A stretch of DNA of 64,000 nucleotides from Azolla caroliniana (GCA_043228905.1 JBHGNT010000005.1:23064001-23128000); one strand, 5' to 3'; shown: positions 1 through 13,346, counted from the stretch's first letter. The notes: generated by a model not told the origin, from the sequence alone. A program made the numbers and translations.

Positions 1-164
1 TCGCGGCACCCTTGCCGGAGGGCAGCGAGTTACGAATGAAAGGGGTCGCGCCAAACCTAAGTTTACGAGATCCAGTTGGCATAGGACACCGATTCACTGA
101 CATAACGTTACGAGAGCTCAAGGTCGGTGGGGGTGGCTTTCTACAACCAGCGGAGGAGTACCGG

Positions 165-1273
165 TGTCGTGAAGATTTTCGGCAATAGTGTAAAAATCCC
201 ATAAAACGTACGAAATCGAGTATGAATCACATAATAAAATAATTGTGAAGATAACATTTTAAATAAATTTAATATCTAAGTACAAAATGATGGAGGTTTC
301 GAATGCACTTTATTACACGAGAAACAGACAACTAAATGTCAAGATATGAGGGTATAAAGTTTGTGAAAGGAAAAGAGAAAATTGTGAGATATCCCACATA
401 GGCACGACAAATATGGCTCTCATCATATATAACGTAGAGCAAAAGATATTATCTTTGTGTCTATATGTGGAGCATAGAGAGTTCAAGGTAACTTGAACTA
501 AGAGTGGAGGTGGGCTAGCTACTCGTAAAGGGTTTTGGCCAACCAAAACCGGACCGGCGATGGAGCTGGTGATCCGGCGGCGGCACCGGTATCCGGTGCC
601 GGTCCGGATACCGGTGAGACGATGGCATCCGGCGAGGCACTGGTAACCGATGACATCCGGCGGCAACCGACGACGGCATCCGGCGAACCGGCGTCCGGCG
701 ACTAGATAAATAAATATATAAATATATATACATATACAAGGAAGGCAATTAAGGATTTGAACCTTGCACCTCCAAGTTAGGAGTCAATTGGCTTACCATT
801 AAGCCATGCTATTTAGTTGAATTTATATTTCTATCATTGTACTTTTACATGTAAATTCTCATACATGAGAGCTAAAATGAGTGACATGGTTATCATGCAC
901 CACATGTAATACATAAGCGCCAAATGGCAAACATGCAATTTATGCATGTCTTGTACCCTCACATGCATCATATGCATGAGAGCAGCTATAAAAGAAGGAA
1001 GGGGGAGGAGAAAAACACGTTTTTTTTTTATGAAAATTAAGAGGAAGAAATTCGTTATCAAATTGATCGTGTAACTTGTTTCTTAAATCTAAAGTTAAAA
1101 GTTCAATCAATCTCTCTCAATCGTGTGATCTCAACTTCTCTCTTTCCCAATCTATCTTAAGTACTTTCTCGCTAAAGCTTGCGCCAAAGCTTGTACCGAC
1201 TTTGAATCCTTCCGGTCCAGAACCCCGGCGGTTCCGCCTCATGATCCGCGCGTAGTGACGGATCTTCACGACA
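165..1273 (+). mobile_element. Solo LTR (about 1.1 kb), related to the LTR at 36821-37641
   Basis: 12-bp terminal inverted repeats TGTCGTGAAGAT...ATCTTCACGACA and a 4-bp TSD CCGG; removing it restores the host reading frame. TATA near 987. Shares blocks such as catacatga(g/a)agct and atgcatgtcttgtaccctcacatgcat with 37130-37222. Confidence 0.9.
744..810 (-). ncRNA. tRNA-like (Pol III A/B box) cassette inside the solo LTR; anticodon-loop-like ctCCTaa
   Basis: Minus strand reads AGCATGGCTTAATGGTAAGCCAATTGACTCCTAACTTGGAGGTGCAAGGTTCAAATCCTT: A box TGGCTTAATGG, B box GGTTCAAATCC, tRNA-like spacing. The acceptor stem is not intact. Confidence 0.65.
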
Positions 1274-2897
1274 CCGGTTTCGGAGAATGCTCGGGAGGCA
1301 CGAAAAGGCCTTCGCATTCTCATCAGTTGAGATCAGGTGCGTAGACCCGACGACTATGGAACCAATGGTGATCTTCACAGTACCGCATGTACCGTGGAAT
1401 CTCAAACCGATTCCAGTACCCAGAGCTCACATCCCGAAGCTGATGGAGCTACTGAAACAGAAGGTGGATATGGGCATCCTCAAACCGTCGAATGCCCCGT
1501 ATTCTAATCGGTGATTTACATGGTGAACGCAATGAACAAAGTGTTAAGGGATTGTATCTCGGACATCACCATGCCATTCTTAGACGATATCCCAATCAAA
1601 GGATGCCCGATGGAGGATAAGGACGAGACAATCGGACCAGACGGATGCCGGAAGTTCGTGGCGGACCACGTCGATGACTGTGAGAAGGTGCTGCAAAGAC
1701 TAGAGGGCATGAGGCTCACCTTCTCTGGGGAAAAATCGGCTTTCGGGCAATCGGAGATCATGGTTGTCGGACACCTATCATTTGGTCGGAAACCGTCATC
1801 GGCCAAGGTAGAGGCCATCTCCGCGATGAAGTGCGACTGCAATTTAGTCATACAAGTCCGGAGATTCTTGGGAGCATGCGCGTTCTACCAGATCTGGATC
1901 CCACATTACACCCACGTCCCGGAGCTGCTCTATGGATTGCTGAAGAAAGGGGATGAATTTGAGTGGAGAGAGGAGCATACATAGTCGGTCCGGAAAATGA
2001 AAGAAGCACTTGTTGCGGCGCCGACACTACGGAAAGCGGTCTACGGTAAAGACATTTTGATTTACGTGACCGTAGACACAAGTCCGACCGGAATCAAATG
2101 GGTGATCAACCAGGAGGATGAGAATGGTACGAGGTTCCCCATCCGGTTCGGCACGAAAGTCCTAAGTGAACGACAACGAGGGTACGCCCAGGTTAAACGT
2201 GAACTCTGGGGTATCGTTTTGGCGGTCAAGGCCAACAAAGACTACCTGATCGGGACAGAGGTGATAATCGAGATGGACTGCCTGCCGATTCTCGGTATGG
2301 TTTCCAAATGCGCGATGCCGGACCTAGCAATACTTAGGTGGATAGCGTACATCAAATCCCTGAATCCGGAAATACGACACATTTCCGGAAAAGACAACGC
2401 CATGGCCGACATGTTTTCGAGGGCGACATTCGATGATGAGGACGACATGGTTTCGGAGGACGAAGAAGTCGGCGTGGACTTCTTCGAGACGGCTTACGTA
2501 ACAACAAGGAAAGGGAGCAGTCCGGCACTTAACGAGTTCGACGAGAGAAAGTATGAAGGGGAGGGAGTGGCTCCAGATCGGCGGGTTCCTGAAGACAATG
2601 ACACCGGACATGGCATGGACGAAGGAAGTGACCAACCGGATTCAGAAGAAAGCGTACTGATTCTTCCTACGGGATGGGTGCATATGGAAGCACCCAAAGA
2701 AGAGAAACGACATCCCGCTCCGGGTTGTGGCGAAGAAAGAGGAACAGGTGGAACTGCTGACGGCGTACCACAAGAGTCCCTGGGCCGGACACCGCAGGAC
2801 GTGGGCCACATTCGAGAAGCCGAAGGGGAAGTACTGGTGGTCGAGACTATACCGGGACGTGCATTGGTTCGTGACGGCTTGCGAAAGCTGTCAGATG

Positions 2898-5800
2898 TGT
2901 TGTCCATGGGACAAAAAGATAAATTATTTAAATGTAATATGGCGGTAGGTAAGGCTAGTAGGTGAGGAAGGTAGAGTTTAGGAAAACGTCGAGCTTTGAG
3001 CCTCACAGTCAGCCGACGGCTCGACGCTGTATGAAGAAAAAATATATGAACTGAGGTCTGCGTACCTTGGCAGGGGGGAGATATTGAGAGTATAGGCGAG
3101 GTCGTTTTCATAGTTATAAGAGCTCTGTAAGGTCATCGGCTATGGGCCATGTTTTTGTAATCATCGATAACTATTTGCAGTAATACATCTCTATTAGCTC
3201 TTATTGTTTTCATCTGTGTACCGTCGTTCCTATGATCTCAACTACGTATACGCCCCGGGTTATATTCTGGGTATGCTCTCCGTTCTCTTCCCCTAACGAC
3301 GCCTCCGTGCACAAGTCTTCACGTTACACTTCCCTTGATATCGATAGCCTGTAGGCATATCGAAGGTGTTTCCAACGGAACGGATAACACAATTTGGCAC
3401 GCTCGGTTACAGCTGTGAGATCACAGTGAATTACGTTGAAGACAACCTTCAGCCACCATAACGGCGCCCAATCACACCAAGCGGTCTCGGCCATCTGGTT
3501 GACGCTCTGAGCTAGTCGAAGGAACTTCCGACTCGGCGATCACGGACCAATCTTTCCAAGAAATATCGAAGGCTGACCGGTTGCAATCCTCGCCACCTGT
3601 TACTCGATCGCGAGTTGATTCCACACCAACCTCTCCACCAAGCCCTCTAGAGGTCACCCACCCTGACCCTAACCCTTTTCCGGTTTTACCGGAAGATCCC
3701 GATTTTGATACCATGCCGTATCGTATCCTTACCCACGATACACCGACGGCCCCGACGCGGAGTTGCACATCCGTGCCTTCGTGTCCACCTAGCAGGCCAG
3801 CCACTCAACGCAACAACTCTCACCTGCCGAAATCGAGGCCTCAAAAATCACTGAGTTTACACTATCCCTCGATGGACCAACTGCGTGATGGTATTCTCGC
3901 CTCGACGTAGGGGAGTTTGTCACCTTCCACGACGTTCGCATGTAGTTCCTGGAACTGTTCCATCGCGAGGTGCCCAAACGAGAACTGCTCCGACAGTACT
4001 TTTCCATGAGACAAGAACCGCACGAGACGGTTACACAGTTCACGATCCGGTTTCGGGATCTCTACAGACAAGTGGCTGATGATGTCTTTGCACAGCACAT
4101 TCCGGACACATTCCAGTCCAGCTTACGGGATCCTCTACGGACGACTCTCGCACTTACTAATTTTGCCAACCAAACGATCGAGCAAGTCATAGCGCTCGTC
4201 CTCACCCTCGACCGGACACAACAAAGCACGACTTTCTCTATGAGTTCACTGAAAAGCGCCCTTCCCCAGGAGGACAATCACTTCCGCCAAGCTCTCCAAT
4301 GCACAGTTTCCTCGGATCGGGCCATCTGGCCCTTGAATGTCCTCACCGGCCACAGTGTCCGATATGCCAGTCCCGATCTCACACTGTCAAGCAATGTGAA
4401 TACAATATGCTCAACCACACAACGACGGCCCCGGTTCGCCAGATCGAGCCCAGGGATGCATACTCTCATCAGGATGAGCGACAATCCTACTGGAACCAGG
4501 ATAACCAACGACCCCGATCGCCAAATAGGCGGCACCGCAATGACGATTACTGTCGGGACGACGACTGTTACCGAAACAACAACCGACGGAGATCAGACAA
4601 CCGTTGTGATCGCTATCACGATGACCAATATCGGGCAAACAACGATTATGATCAATATGACGATGATCAGGATGACCGATACGATTAGAAAAATTCTCAT
4701 AATGATCGGCACAACTCTCACCGAGGATCGCACAACAACAGAAGGAATAACGACAACCGTCGTCGGGACCCCCTGCAAAATGAACCGCGTAGCTCGAACG
4801 CGCCCTAGACCAACCCACCAACACACGAGGCCGGGAATCAATCACACCCCCCCTTACACACAGATCGGACTGGCACCAGCAACTCGGCCGCCGTTACCTG
4901 CTTCAAGTTCAACCAACCCGGTCACTATGCTACGTAATGCCCAATAACAGACCACGGAAAGGCTCCTGCCATGAATAGTATTATGGCCGATGTGCAAAAC
5001 GTCACAACACGCAGTAAAGCCCAGGCCACTCCATGGCAAGTACAGGATGAAGTCCGGCAAGCAGCCAAAGAATGGATTGATACGGCTAACAAAAACAATG
5101 TGGTGCGGATGCAGACAGAAATGGGAGACGCGACCATCGGAGCACAACAGTCCGCGACACCATCCATGTCAACAGAAGATGACCAGCTGTGGGACGCCCT
5201 TACCAGTTCCAGGATCTCCCTGCCTCTACATAAACTCTTACCACTCATGTCGCGTTTTCGGGACACCTTGGCTACACTCACGACCAACACCCATTCCAAC
5301 GCGCCACATGTGCATCTGACCGAGCCAGGAACAGGTCCACCCCTCATGGATGCTCAGAATCCAGCCATAAAAATTATGATTAAAGGACAAGACCTGCACA
5401 GGTGCATAATTGATGGCGGCTCTGGCGCGAGGGTACCTATGATAAACTCGGTTTGAATCAATGGGAACCTTGTCCCTTTTGGCTTTGGATGGCCGATACA
5501 CGATCGGTTTGCCCCATTGGATTAATTCGCCACCTTGACTTTACTCTAGGAGGCCACATGTTCACTATCTCGGCCGTTGTATTACGACTTGAAGCACAGG
5601 GCACCTACCCAATGTTACTTGGCAGACCATGGTTGCGCACAACAAATATCAAACAACATTGGCAGCGCGACATGATATCGTTCCGCCGAGGAAAGACCAA
5701 GCTCCGGATCATAACCGAAGAATGCGTAACCACGGCCCACAACACCTCGTCGTTATACGTGGAAGGGGTGCACATGCTCGATGGGTTAGCCGAGGACGAG

Positions 5801-8562
5801 GTGGATGACTTCCTAGAAGACCATCCCACTATCATACCCCTCTTCGAAATCGACGCCATATCGGCCGTCGGCACACCTCTAGACGAGGAGGTCACGGAGA
5901 ATACACCTAACCAGGACGAGCCAGATCCCACCACCATCGCGGAATTACGACACGCTCGGGACGCTTTTGAACGTGAACTCGCCATCTCCCAACGAGTGAA
6001 GGCATCAACGCTCGAAACACTGAACCTCGGTTCGGACGAGAACCCTCACACCCTACACATTGCTAATAACTTACCAGCCGGCAAACGACACGAATGCTAC
6101 AACTTTCTAGACGGGTTCAATGGTTACAACCAAATCGGAATGCACCCGGATGATCAGGAGAAAACAACATTTGTCACAGAATGGGGTGTTTTCATGGCAG
6201 AAGTAATGATGTTCGGTTTGAAAACGACGCCGGCCACGTTCCAGCGCATCATCACCGAAATTTTTAACGAGTATATCCCAACGTTCATGCAAGTCTTCCA
6301 TGGACTTCCCTTTCAATGGACTTCCATTGAGGACAAGGCTTACCTAGCTTTGAAATTAATGCTCTCGCATGCCCTAGTTGTACAACCCCCGATATGGTTG
6401 GAACCTTTTCACGTCCTCGTGGACGCATCAGATATCGCCATCGGGAGCGCACTTATGCAGTGCACGCCCCCAAATTGGTATCGGCCAGTGTATTATGCTA
6501 GCCGACGTCTCTCGGCCGCGGAAAAGAACTAAAATTTCGGCATTACCTCTTAGGCCGAAAATTCACATTTCACATCGATCACTCGGCCCTCCTTTATCTG
6601 GTTAATCAACAAGCCTTGACAGGTCGACTGGCTCGATGGATGCTCCTGTTACAAGAGTTTGATTTTCATATACAGCATCGACCCGGAGTCCAACATGCCG
6701 TCACTGACTACCTCAGTCGCCTCGAGTCAGGGACCCTGCCGAGTCCACATATGACGATTTACCCGATGCCGGCCTATTTAATCTCACAATGCTGCCAGAC
6801 GACAAAGAAGATGAATGGATCACGGAGATGACCCATTTCCTTAGTACGGGCCTGCCTCCCGACCACAGGCCCCTCGATGCACGAAAACGCCTCACAGTAC
6901 GAAGCCGAAACTTTTGCCTCATTTCCGGCATCCTCTACCACAAAGGCTCGAACGGAATATGGCGCCGGGAAATTCGACAATTCGAGAAGATGGCCATCCT
7001 CCAAGAGGCCCACCTAGGAATCGTCATTGGACACTACGCCGGAGAGTCCACGGCAAGGAAAGTATGGCAGAGTGGGTTATGGTGGTCTACAACGAAAAAG
7101 GATGCCCACGAGTTCTGTTGGCAGTGCGACTTGTGCCAACGGTTGGGACAACTGATGAAACAAGCTCGAATGCCACACCAACCCATTCTTCCATTGGAAC
7201 CATTTAAAAAATGGGGGTTAGATTTTGTGGGAGCTTTCAAACCAGTCGCGGCCCGAACCGGTAATAAGTATATCATCGTGGCCACGGACTACTGCACAAA
7301 ATGGGTCGAGGCAAAGGCCTTACAAGACAACACGGCAACATCCACAGCCAAGTTCGTGTACGAACATCTATGGTGCTGTTATGGATGCCCAATAGAGCTC
7401 GTTAGTGACCAAGGTGGGCCCTTTATAAACCATATAATCCGTGAGCTTACGTCACACTACGTGGTTGTACATAAGAAAACTACACCATACTACCCGCAGG
7501 CAAACGGATTGGCAGAATCGACTAACAAAATTCTCCAAACAATCCTGAAGAAGATCGTCAACGAGAACTACACCGATTGGGATGACAAGCTCCAAAGTGC
7601 ACTATGGGCTTATCGCACTACATTCAAAACGAGCATTCAATCCACCCCCTTCCGGATGGCTTTTGGTCTCGAAGCCGTTATGCCCATCGAGTTCCAAGTT
7701 CTGAGTCTCTGAGTTCAAGTTAAAGCAAGGCTCCCCGAGGCCCAATCTGAACAAATTAGGCTGGAACAAGTCCACTCCTCGAACTTGGCGAGGACCGAGT
7801 AACGAGCATGGGCCAACTTGAACAGCGACAACGACAACGGAAAGCCTTTCTGGACCAACATCAGAAAGGATTGGAACAAGAACTGACCATCAACAAACTA
7901 GTCTTCGTTTTCTAGACACGACTCAGTGCCATGCCAAGAAAATTACGATTTCGATGGACTGGCCCCTTTTGGATTATTGACGAGTTTAACGGCACGTTTC
8001 AACTCGGCACCCTCACCGGAGAAATTGTCAAAAACTGGGTGAATGGATTCCGACTGCGACCGTACCAGGGAAATACCCCAGCCAACCCTTTTGCCGAGTC
8101 TCACGGCACAGACAATGCCACGAAGGAGGCCACACGTCCCCCTCGGTAAGAACCCACCAACATTCCAAAGTGTGCATTAGGTAGGATTAGGCATAGTTTT
8201 AGCAATTAGTTAGTTCCACCTAAACCAACTACCACATCACCCAAATCACGTCATATTTAGAGGCACACACTAGTCACTTTCACATTCACTTAAGTATTTA
8301 AAGGCACATGCACAACATCCAAGGCACAACACTAACTCCCTAGGACACGTGGCCATAATATCTTATTATGGCATCCATGGCCAAGAATCTTCAGGCTCAT
8401 CTTCATGCACAAAACCCTAGGCGTTTGCTAAAAAACAGTTACCCCAAGCACACCCCACACACAGACGTTTTCTTGCACACCTAGCCTTCTCGCTCCCACA
8501 CTCTCAAGCTTCCTCTCTGCCCCTACAGACCTCCACATCCCACCGGAGCCCCCACCACATTC
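2898..8562 (+). mobile_element. Degenerate, 3'-truncated Athila/OTA-like Gypsy (5' LTR 2898-3389, PBS ~3395-3407, gag-pol ~3712-8149)
   Basis: LTR termini TGTT..AACA and PBS TGGCACGCTCGGT (Arg-like). Gag, protease IIDGGSG, RT FLDGFNGYNQI and integrase KWGLDFVG are all homologous to the ORF at 13347-19163. Several internal deletions and frameshifts. Confidence 0.88.
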
Positions 8563-10520
8563 TGTCACAACAGGGGAATGATGAGAAGCTACATCCTGTG
8601 GCTTTTCACTCACGCAAGTTTGATGCCGCCGAAATTAACTACGAAATTCATGATAAGGAGCTATTGGCAATAGTGGATTCTTTTATGCTATGGAGGCATT
8701 TTCTGGAGGGATCCTTTCATCCAATCACCATATTTAGTGATCACAAGAATCTTGCCTACTTTCAAGATGCTCGTGTGTTGAATCGACGTCAAGCTCGGTG
8801 GGCCCAATTCCTCACGCGTTTCGACTTCAAAATTACATATCGTCCGGGGAAGCACCAAGGAAAGGCAGATGCATTATCACAACGTTCGTATCTAGCACCC
8901 CGTCCCGGCGAGCCAGCTTTCGATAACCAAAAACAAGTCATCTTGGGACTGACATGACTACAAGCAACACAGATCTTTGACATGCCCATGGATTCCGGCG
9001 TTATCGATACCATACGTGAAGACTTGAAGACAGATGCGTTCGCCCAAGCTATACTAGCACAAATTGATCCCTCTCGAGCGTCGTGTTCACAGTCGCAACC
9101 ACCAGGTACGGACTATCGGCAATTCAAATACCATGATGGATTACTCTTCTTTAAAGAACTTTTGTATGTTCCTAATGGTTCTTGCCGCCTTCGAGTAGTT
9201 CAAAACTGCCATGCCACATATACAACTGGGAATTTTGGTAGTACTAAAACATTACATTTAGTACAACGATCATTCTGGTGGCCCTGTATGCGACAATTTG
9301 TCGAGGATTTTGTTCGGACTTGTGATACATGTTGTAGAGCGAAAATGCCAAGACATCATCCATATGGTTTATTAGAACCAATACCAATTCCAAGCAAGCC
9401 GTGGCAATCCATTGCTCTAGACTTCATCACAGATCTTCTAGTCTCTAAGGGGTTCAATGTGATTCTAACGGTGGTCGATCGATACACGAAGATGGCTCAT
9501 TTCTTGCCATGTACTAAGGAGATCTCCAGTGAAGACACTGCCGAAATTGTCATGCGTGAAGTATGTCGGCATCATGGACTTCCCGATAGTATCATCAGCG
9601 ACCGTGGACCCCAGTTCCTGTCAAAATTCTAGAAGCACCTTTTTAACATGCTCAAGGTCTCTTGTAACCTCTCCTCCGGCTACCACCCCCAAACCGACGG
9701 CCAAGCTGAACGAACAAATCAAACGCTGGAGCAGTATCTGCGGTGCTTTCTCAATTATCATCAGGACGACTGGGCAGATATTCTCCACTTCGCCGAATTT
9801 GCCTATAACAACTCTATCCACGCATCCACTAAAGTTACGTCATTTTATGCTTATACGGGATGTCACCCCCGGTGGAGTGTACTTGAAACCCCAGAGGTGT
9901 TCACAAATCCGTGCGCGGAGGATCGTTTGGAGTGGTTACGCAAGATACAAGCGGATTTATCTACTCATCTCCAGCAAAACAAACACACAAGGTCTATGCG
10001 GATCGTCATCGACTTCCATCCAGTTTTAATATTGGAGATCGGGTGTGGCTGCTACGACGACACATCAAGACTACTCGCCCATGTGAGAAGTTGGATTATC
10101 GGCGATTAGGTCCTTTCCGTATTATTGGACAGATTAATGATGTCGCTTTTCGTCTTGATCTACCTCCTCAACTTCGGATACATCCGGTGTTTCATAGTTC
10201 TCTCCTCGAACCCTACCACGAGAACACCATCCCAGGACGTCTTATCCAACCTCCACCCTCGATCGAGCTTGAAGATGGGCCGGAGTACGAGGTTGCCGCC
10301 ATCCTTGATTCCAAGATTGTTCGCAACAAGCTCTACTATCTAGTCGATTGGCTAGGCTATAGTCCCAGCGAATGTACTTGGGAACCGATCGAGAATGTGA
10401 CCAATGCTCATGCTCTTCTTGAAGACTTCCATCATCAATATCCACACAAACCGGGTCCTCAATCCAATATCCACACAAACCGGGTCCTCGTCGTTTTAAA
10501 GGGGGGATAGTGTAATGATA

Positions 10521-10584
10521 TGGCAAGACTCGAACCCATGACCTTAGGTTATATGGGTCGAGCTCTTGACCATTAGACCATCTA
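10521..10584 (-). ncRNA. tRNA-like cassette at the U3 end of the chromovirus LTR
   Basis: Minus strand reads GATGGTCTAATGGTCAAGAGCTCGACCCATATAACCTAAGGTCATGGGTTCGAGTCTTGCCA: A box TGGTCTAATGG, B box GGTTCGAGTC. Confidence 0.6.
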
Positions 10585-10656
10585 TTGTAATACGTAGGAT
10601 ATTATTTTCATTTACATTTTATTATAGGAAATTAGTGTATATTCCAGATTTCTCTG

Positions 10657-10674
10657 GAACATTCTAGAAGCTTC
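10657..10674. promoter_or_regulatory. Heat shock element (4 alternating nGAAn units) upstream of the LTR TATA box
   Basis: GAAcaTTCtaGAAgcTTC, with TATAAAA at ~10695. Confidence 0.7.
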
Positions 10675-10811
10675 AGGATTACTCCTAAAAACACTATAAA
10701 AGAGGGCACTAGGCATTATGTTGAACCAAATTGGTTCAACGCCAGTCTTAAGCCTTTTAGCCACCATTGTATATTCTCTTCATATAATACATATCTTTCT
10801 TATCATCACTC

Positions 10812-10849
<38 letters not shown>

Positions 10850-10954
10850 CGTCTCGCTCACTCCTTCCTTCTCTCGAAGAAGTTCTACACCTCTCATAGT
10901 ACTAATCCTTCGTTTAGTACTAATTCCTTCTCTGTCTCAGTACTGTTCCTGACA

Positions 10955-11296
10955 CCCTCCGACCGTCCACTTCAAGTGGATGGTGGATCTGGTGACGATG
11001 CCGATGGGGGTATGGCAGATGCGATATCTGGTGTTGGCTCGAGAGGACCTACCAAACCAGGTGGAAGGCCGAGCGTTGCTGAACAAAATGACCGAAAAAG
11101 GCATCACATATAAGAGGCATCACATATAAGACCCTCGAAAAGTATACCGGTACAGGTGCGTAGGAAAGATCGTAGCCGACCTCAGAGAACTGGACGCATA
11201 GGAGGCTGAAGAGTTGTTTGATCGGCTAGGGGTTAAACTCTCGCTCACCACGACATACAATCTAGAGGTGAACGGGAAGATGGAACGCGGACACGA
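10955..11296 (+). mobile_element. Continuation of the integrase of the 1-2897 Gypsy element
   Basis: PTVHFKWMVDLVTMPMG..RYLVLAREDLPNQVEGRAL..NGKMERGH, homologous to the ORF at 62916-63374. Confidence 0.8.
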
Positions 11297-11469
11297 TGTC
11301 CCTCCTTGTTCTATAAAAGGAAGGGAGCGCCTCTTGTGAAGGGGTTGCCCATTTTCAGTCTTAAGGGTATACCGTTTTGTGTTTCTTTCTAGGTTTAGCT
11401 ACATTCTTTCTCTTCTTCGTTTCTTTTCTGCTCCTTCTCGAGGAGTCGAGCAGTAGCTATGACGGCAAG

Positions 11470-11965
11470 TAGGGATCGGCAACGGTTCGGTTTAGGCTTA
11501 GCCGGTTTGGCTTGATCCAAGCCAAATCGGCTAAGCCTAAACCGTTTACAGGATCTCAAACCTGAGCCGAGCCGAGCCGAGCCGGTTCACAAACCGGTTA
11601 GGCTAAACCGGTTTATGCTAAACCAGTTTGTGAACCGGCTTGGTAAACGGCTTGTAAACCGGTTTCCAAACCGGCTTGGAAACCGGTTTAGAAACCTCCC
11701 TCTCTCTCTCTCTCTCCCTACCTCCCTCTCTCTCAAATGATCCACTATATACTATATACTATATACTATACATTGTACAAGCTCTCCCTCCCACTCTCTC
11801 TCACGTCTATGGTCTCGACTCTCTCTCCCCTCTATGTAGTTCCTCTCTCTCTCTCACGTCTATGGTCTCGACTCTCCCTCTCTCTCTCTCTCTCTCTCCC
11901 CTCTATGTAGTTCCTCTCTCTCTCTCTCCCTCTTTGTAGTCTCTCTCTCTCTCCCCTCTATGTAG

Positions 11966-12003
<38 letters not shown>

Positions 12004-12364
12004 CTCTGTGTAGTCTCTCTATCTCTCTCTCTCCCCTCTGTGTAGTCTCTCTCTCCTTATATGTTGTCTCCCTCCCTCTGTCTCTCTCTCCTCGTCTATG
12101 TAGTTCTCCCTCCCTCACTCTCTCTCTCTCTCTTTCCCCTTGTCTGTTGTCTCTCTCCCCCTCTCTAAAGTTTATAAACGGCTTAAACGGTTTATCCGGC
12201 TTAGCCGGCTTGAGTCGGTTTGGCGAGGCTCAAGCCAAGCCGAGCCGAGCTCAAACCGTTAAGGCAAGTTCAAGCCTAAACCGAGCCGAGCCGAGCCGCT
12301 AAGCCGTTTTCAAGCCGGCTAAGCCAAACGGTTTAGGCTTGAGCCGAGCCGTTGTCGATCCCTA
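11470..12364. mobile_element. Non-autonomous hAT (Ac/Ds-like) DNA transposon
   Basis: 16-bp TIRs TAGGGATCGGCAACGG / revcomp TAGGGATCGACAACGG and a perfect 8-bp TSD ACGGCAAG. Dense subterminal AAAC(C)GG and GAGCC repeats, with an internal CT-rich microsatellite. Confidence 0.92.
11696..12166. repeat. Compound (CT)n microsatellite with a repeated cccctctatgtagt unit
   Basis: Directly visible in the sequence. Confidence 0.9.
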
Positions 12365-12528
12365 ACGGCAAGTTGTTAGGTTAGTTTCTATTCTTCTGTG
12401 CGTAGCCGGCTCGGGCCGGGGTGGTATCTCTCCCTGTTGTAGGTTGCTTCTGCTCGGCCTCCTGGGCAAGACCCCGCTCGGCGCGACGAGCCCGAGAGTT
12501 CTCCAACGGCGGCTTGGCGGCAGACTGC

Positions 12529-12923
12529 TGTTGCGACCTAGCCTACCTCAGTTCGGCTCAGAGTCGGAGTTGTAACTCACTCTTGTAATCATATATATAT
12601 ACAAGGTTGTGCATATTTGTGTCTCTGTCGGTGTCGGGTGCTTTCCCTTCACTGTGTTTCCTGTACATAAGAGGTGTGTGTTGTGTCGGTGTTGCGCGCG
12701 TGTTCTCTCCCTCTCTTCCTCTCTCGCGTTTGGTAGCCACCGGTACGTGTCCGGAATCGCTCCGGTTTGCGCCACAACCAGTGCAACCGGGACCGGAGAG
12801 AAGTCGGCTTCCAACACCCCATCACTTCCTTAGTCCGAGACCCCCGTGGTCCTGCCCCTTCTTCACGCACACGCGTAACAACGCGACATATTTGGTGAAC
12901 CCGACGTGAAGGGCGGCAAGGGA
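12529..12923 (+). mobile_element. 5' LTR (12529-12888) and Trp PBS (12893-12909) of a Gypsy element interrupted by the 12924-23122 insertion
   Basis: Termini TGTTGCG..CGCGACA; PBS TGGTGAACCCGACGTGA is complementary to the plant tRNA-Trp 3' end as I recall it. Its gag resumes at 23130. Confidence 0.8.
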
Positions 12924-13346
12924 TGTTGGCCGGTCAGAGAAGGCAAATGGGAAAGCAAGGTCGGATCGGATAAATATAGAAATAGGAATAGAATTATTAG
13001 GAGGGACGGATCCGGTAGTTGTAACCGATCCGGATCCGAACCGATTCGGTTTCGGTTAACGGTTGCTTATCAAGCACCGATTGTAATCTGGCCGGATGCC
13101 TATAAAAGGATCCGATGTTTTGTAATGAAGACGCGAAGAATTAATATAGTTTTGCTTATGCTGATTAATCTTGTCTTCGTCTGTGCTTAAGTGTAATTAT
13201 CATACGCGTGTATTAACATCCTATCCCTACCACCCCTTTGGAGAAGTGTCGGATAGACACCTGTGTTGCGGCTTGTCCAGCCATACATACAACACTATTT
13301 TGGCGACCACGATTCCTGCAGAGTGCAGAGGACAACCGGGGGATGG

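Larger units (their letters stand above)
1..2897 (+). mobile_element. Degenerate Gypsy pol (RT-RNaseH-start of integrase), same lineage as the Trp-PBS element at 36821-64000; host of the solo LTR at 165-1273
   Basis: 1-164 translates as ..APLPEGSELRMKG..LKVGGGGFLQPAEEYR and continues in frame at 1274 (FRRMLGRHEKAFAF). It contains PFLDDIPIKG (RT), VTVDTSPTG/KRELWG (RNaseH) and GHRR..CESCQ (integrase zinc finger). Internal RT deletion near 1515, plus stops and frameshifts. Confidence 0.9.
8563..10954 (+). mobile_element. 5'-truncated chromovirus Gypsy (RNaseH-integrase-chromodomain, PPT, 3' LTR 10511-10954)
   Basis: [21 protein letters not shown] (RNaseH), PWQSIALDFITDL and YHPQTDGQAER (integrase), EYEVAAILDS..YLVDWLGY..TWEP (chromodomain). 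PPT AAAGGGGGGATAG; LTR TGTAA..TGACA. Confidence 0.92.

Noticed and set aside
3970-4947. 325-aa Thr-rich ORF as a novel protein
   Set aside because: It is frameshifted gag; the Thr-rich part is an off-frame reading of the D/R/N-rich gag tract.
11297-12528. Sequence flanking the hAT element as a complete LTR
   Set aside because: It has a TG start and a TATA box, but no partner LTR, CA end or TSD could be identified.
13263-13346. ORF-track start of the 1966-aa protein inside the LTR (likewise 48523 and 58989)
   Set aside because: These use alternative start codons upstream of the PBS; the first in-frame ATGs are at 13347, 48625 and 58884.
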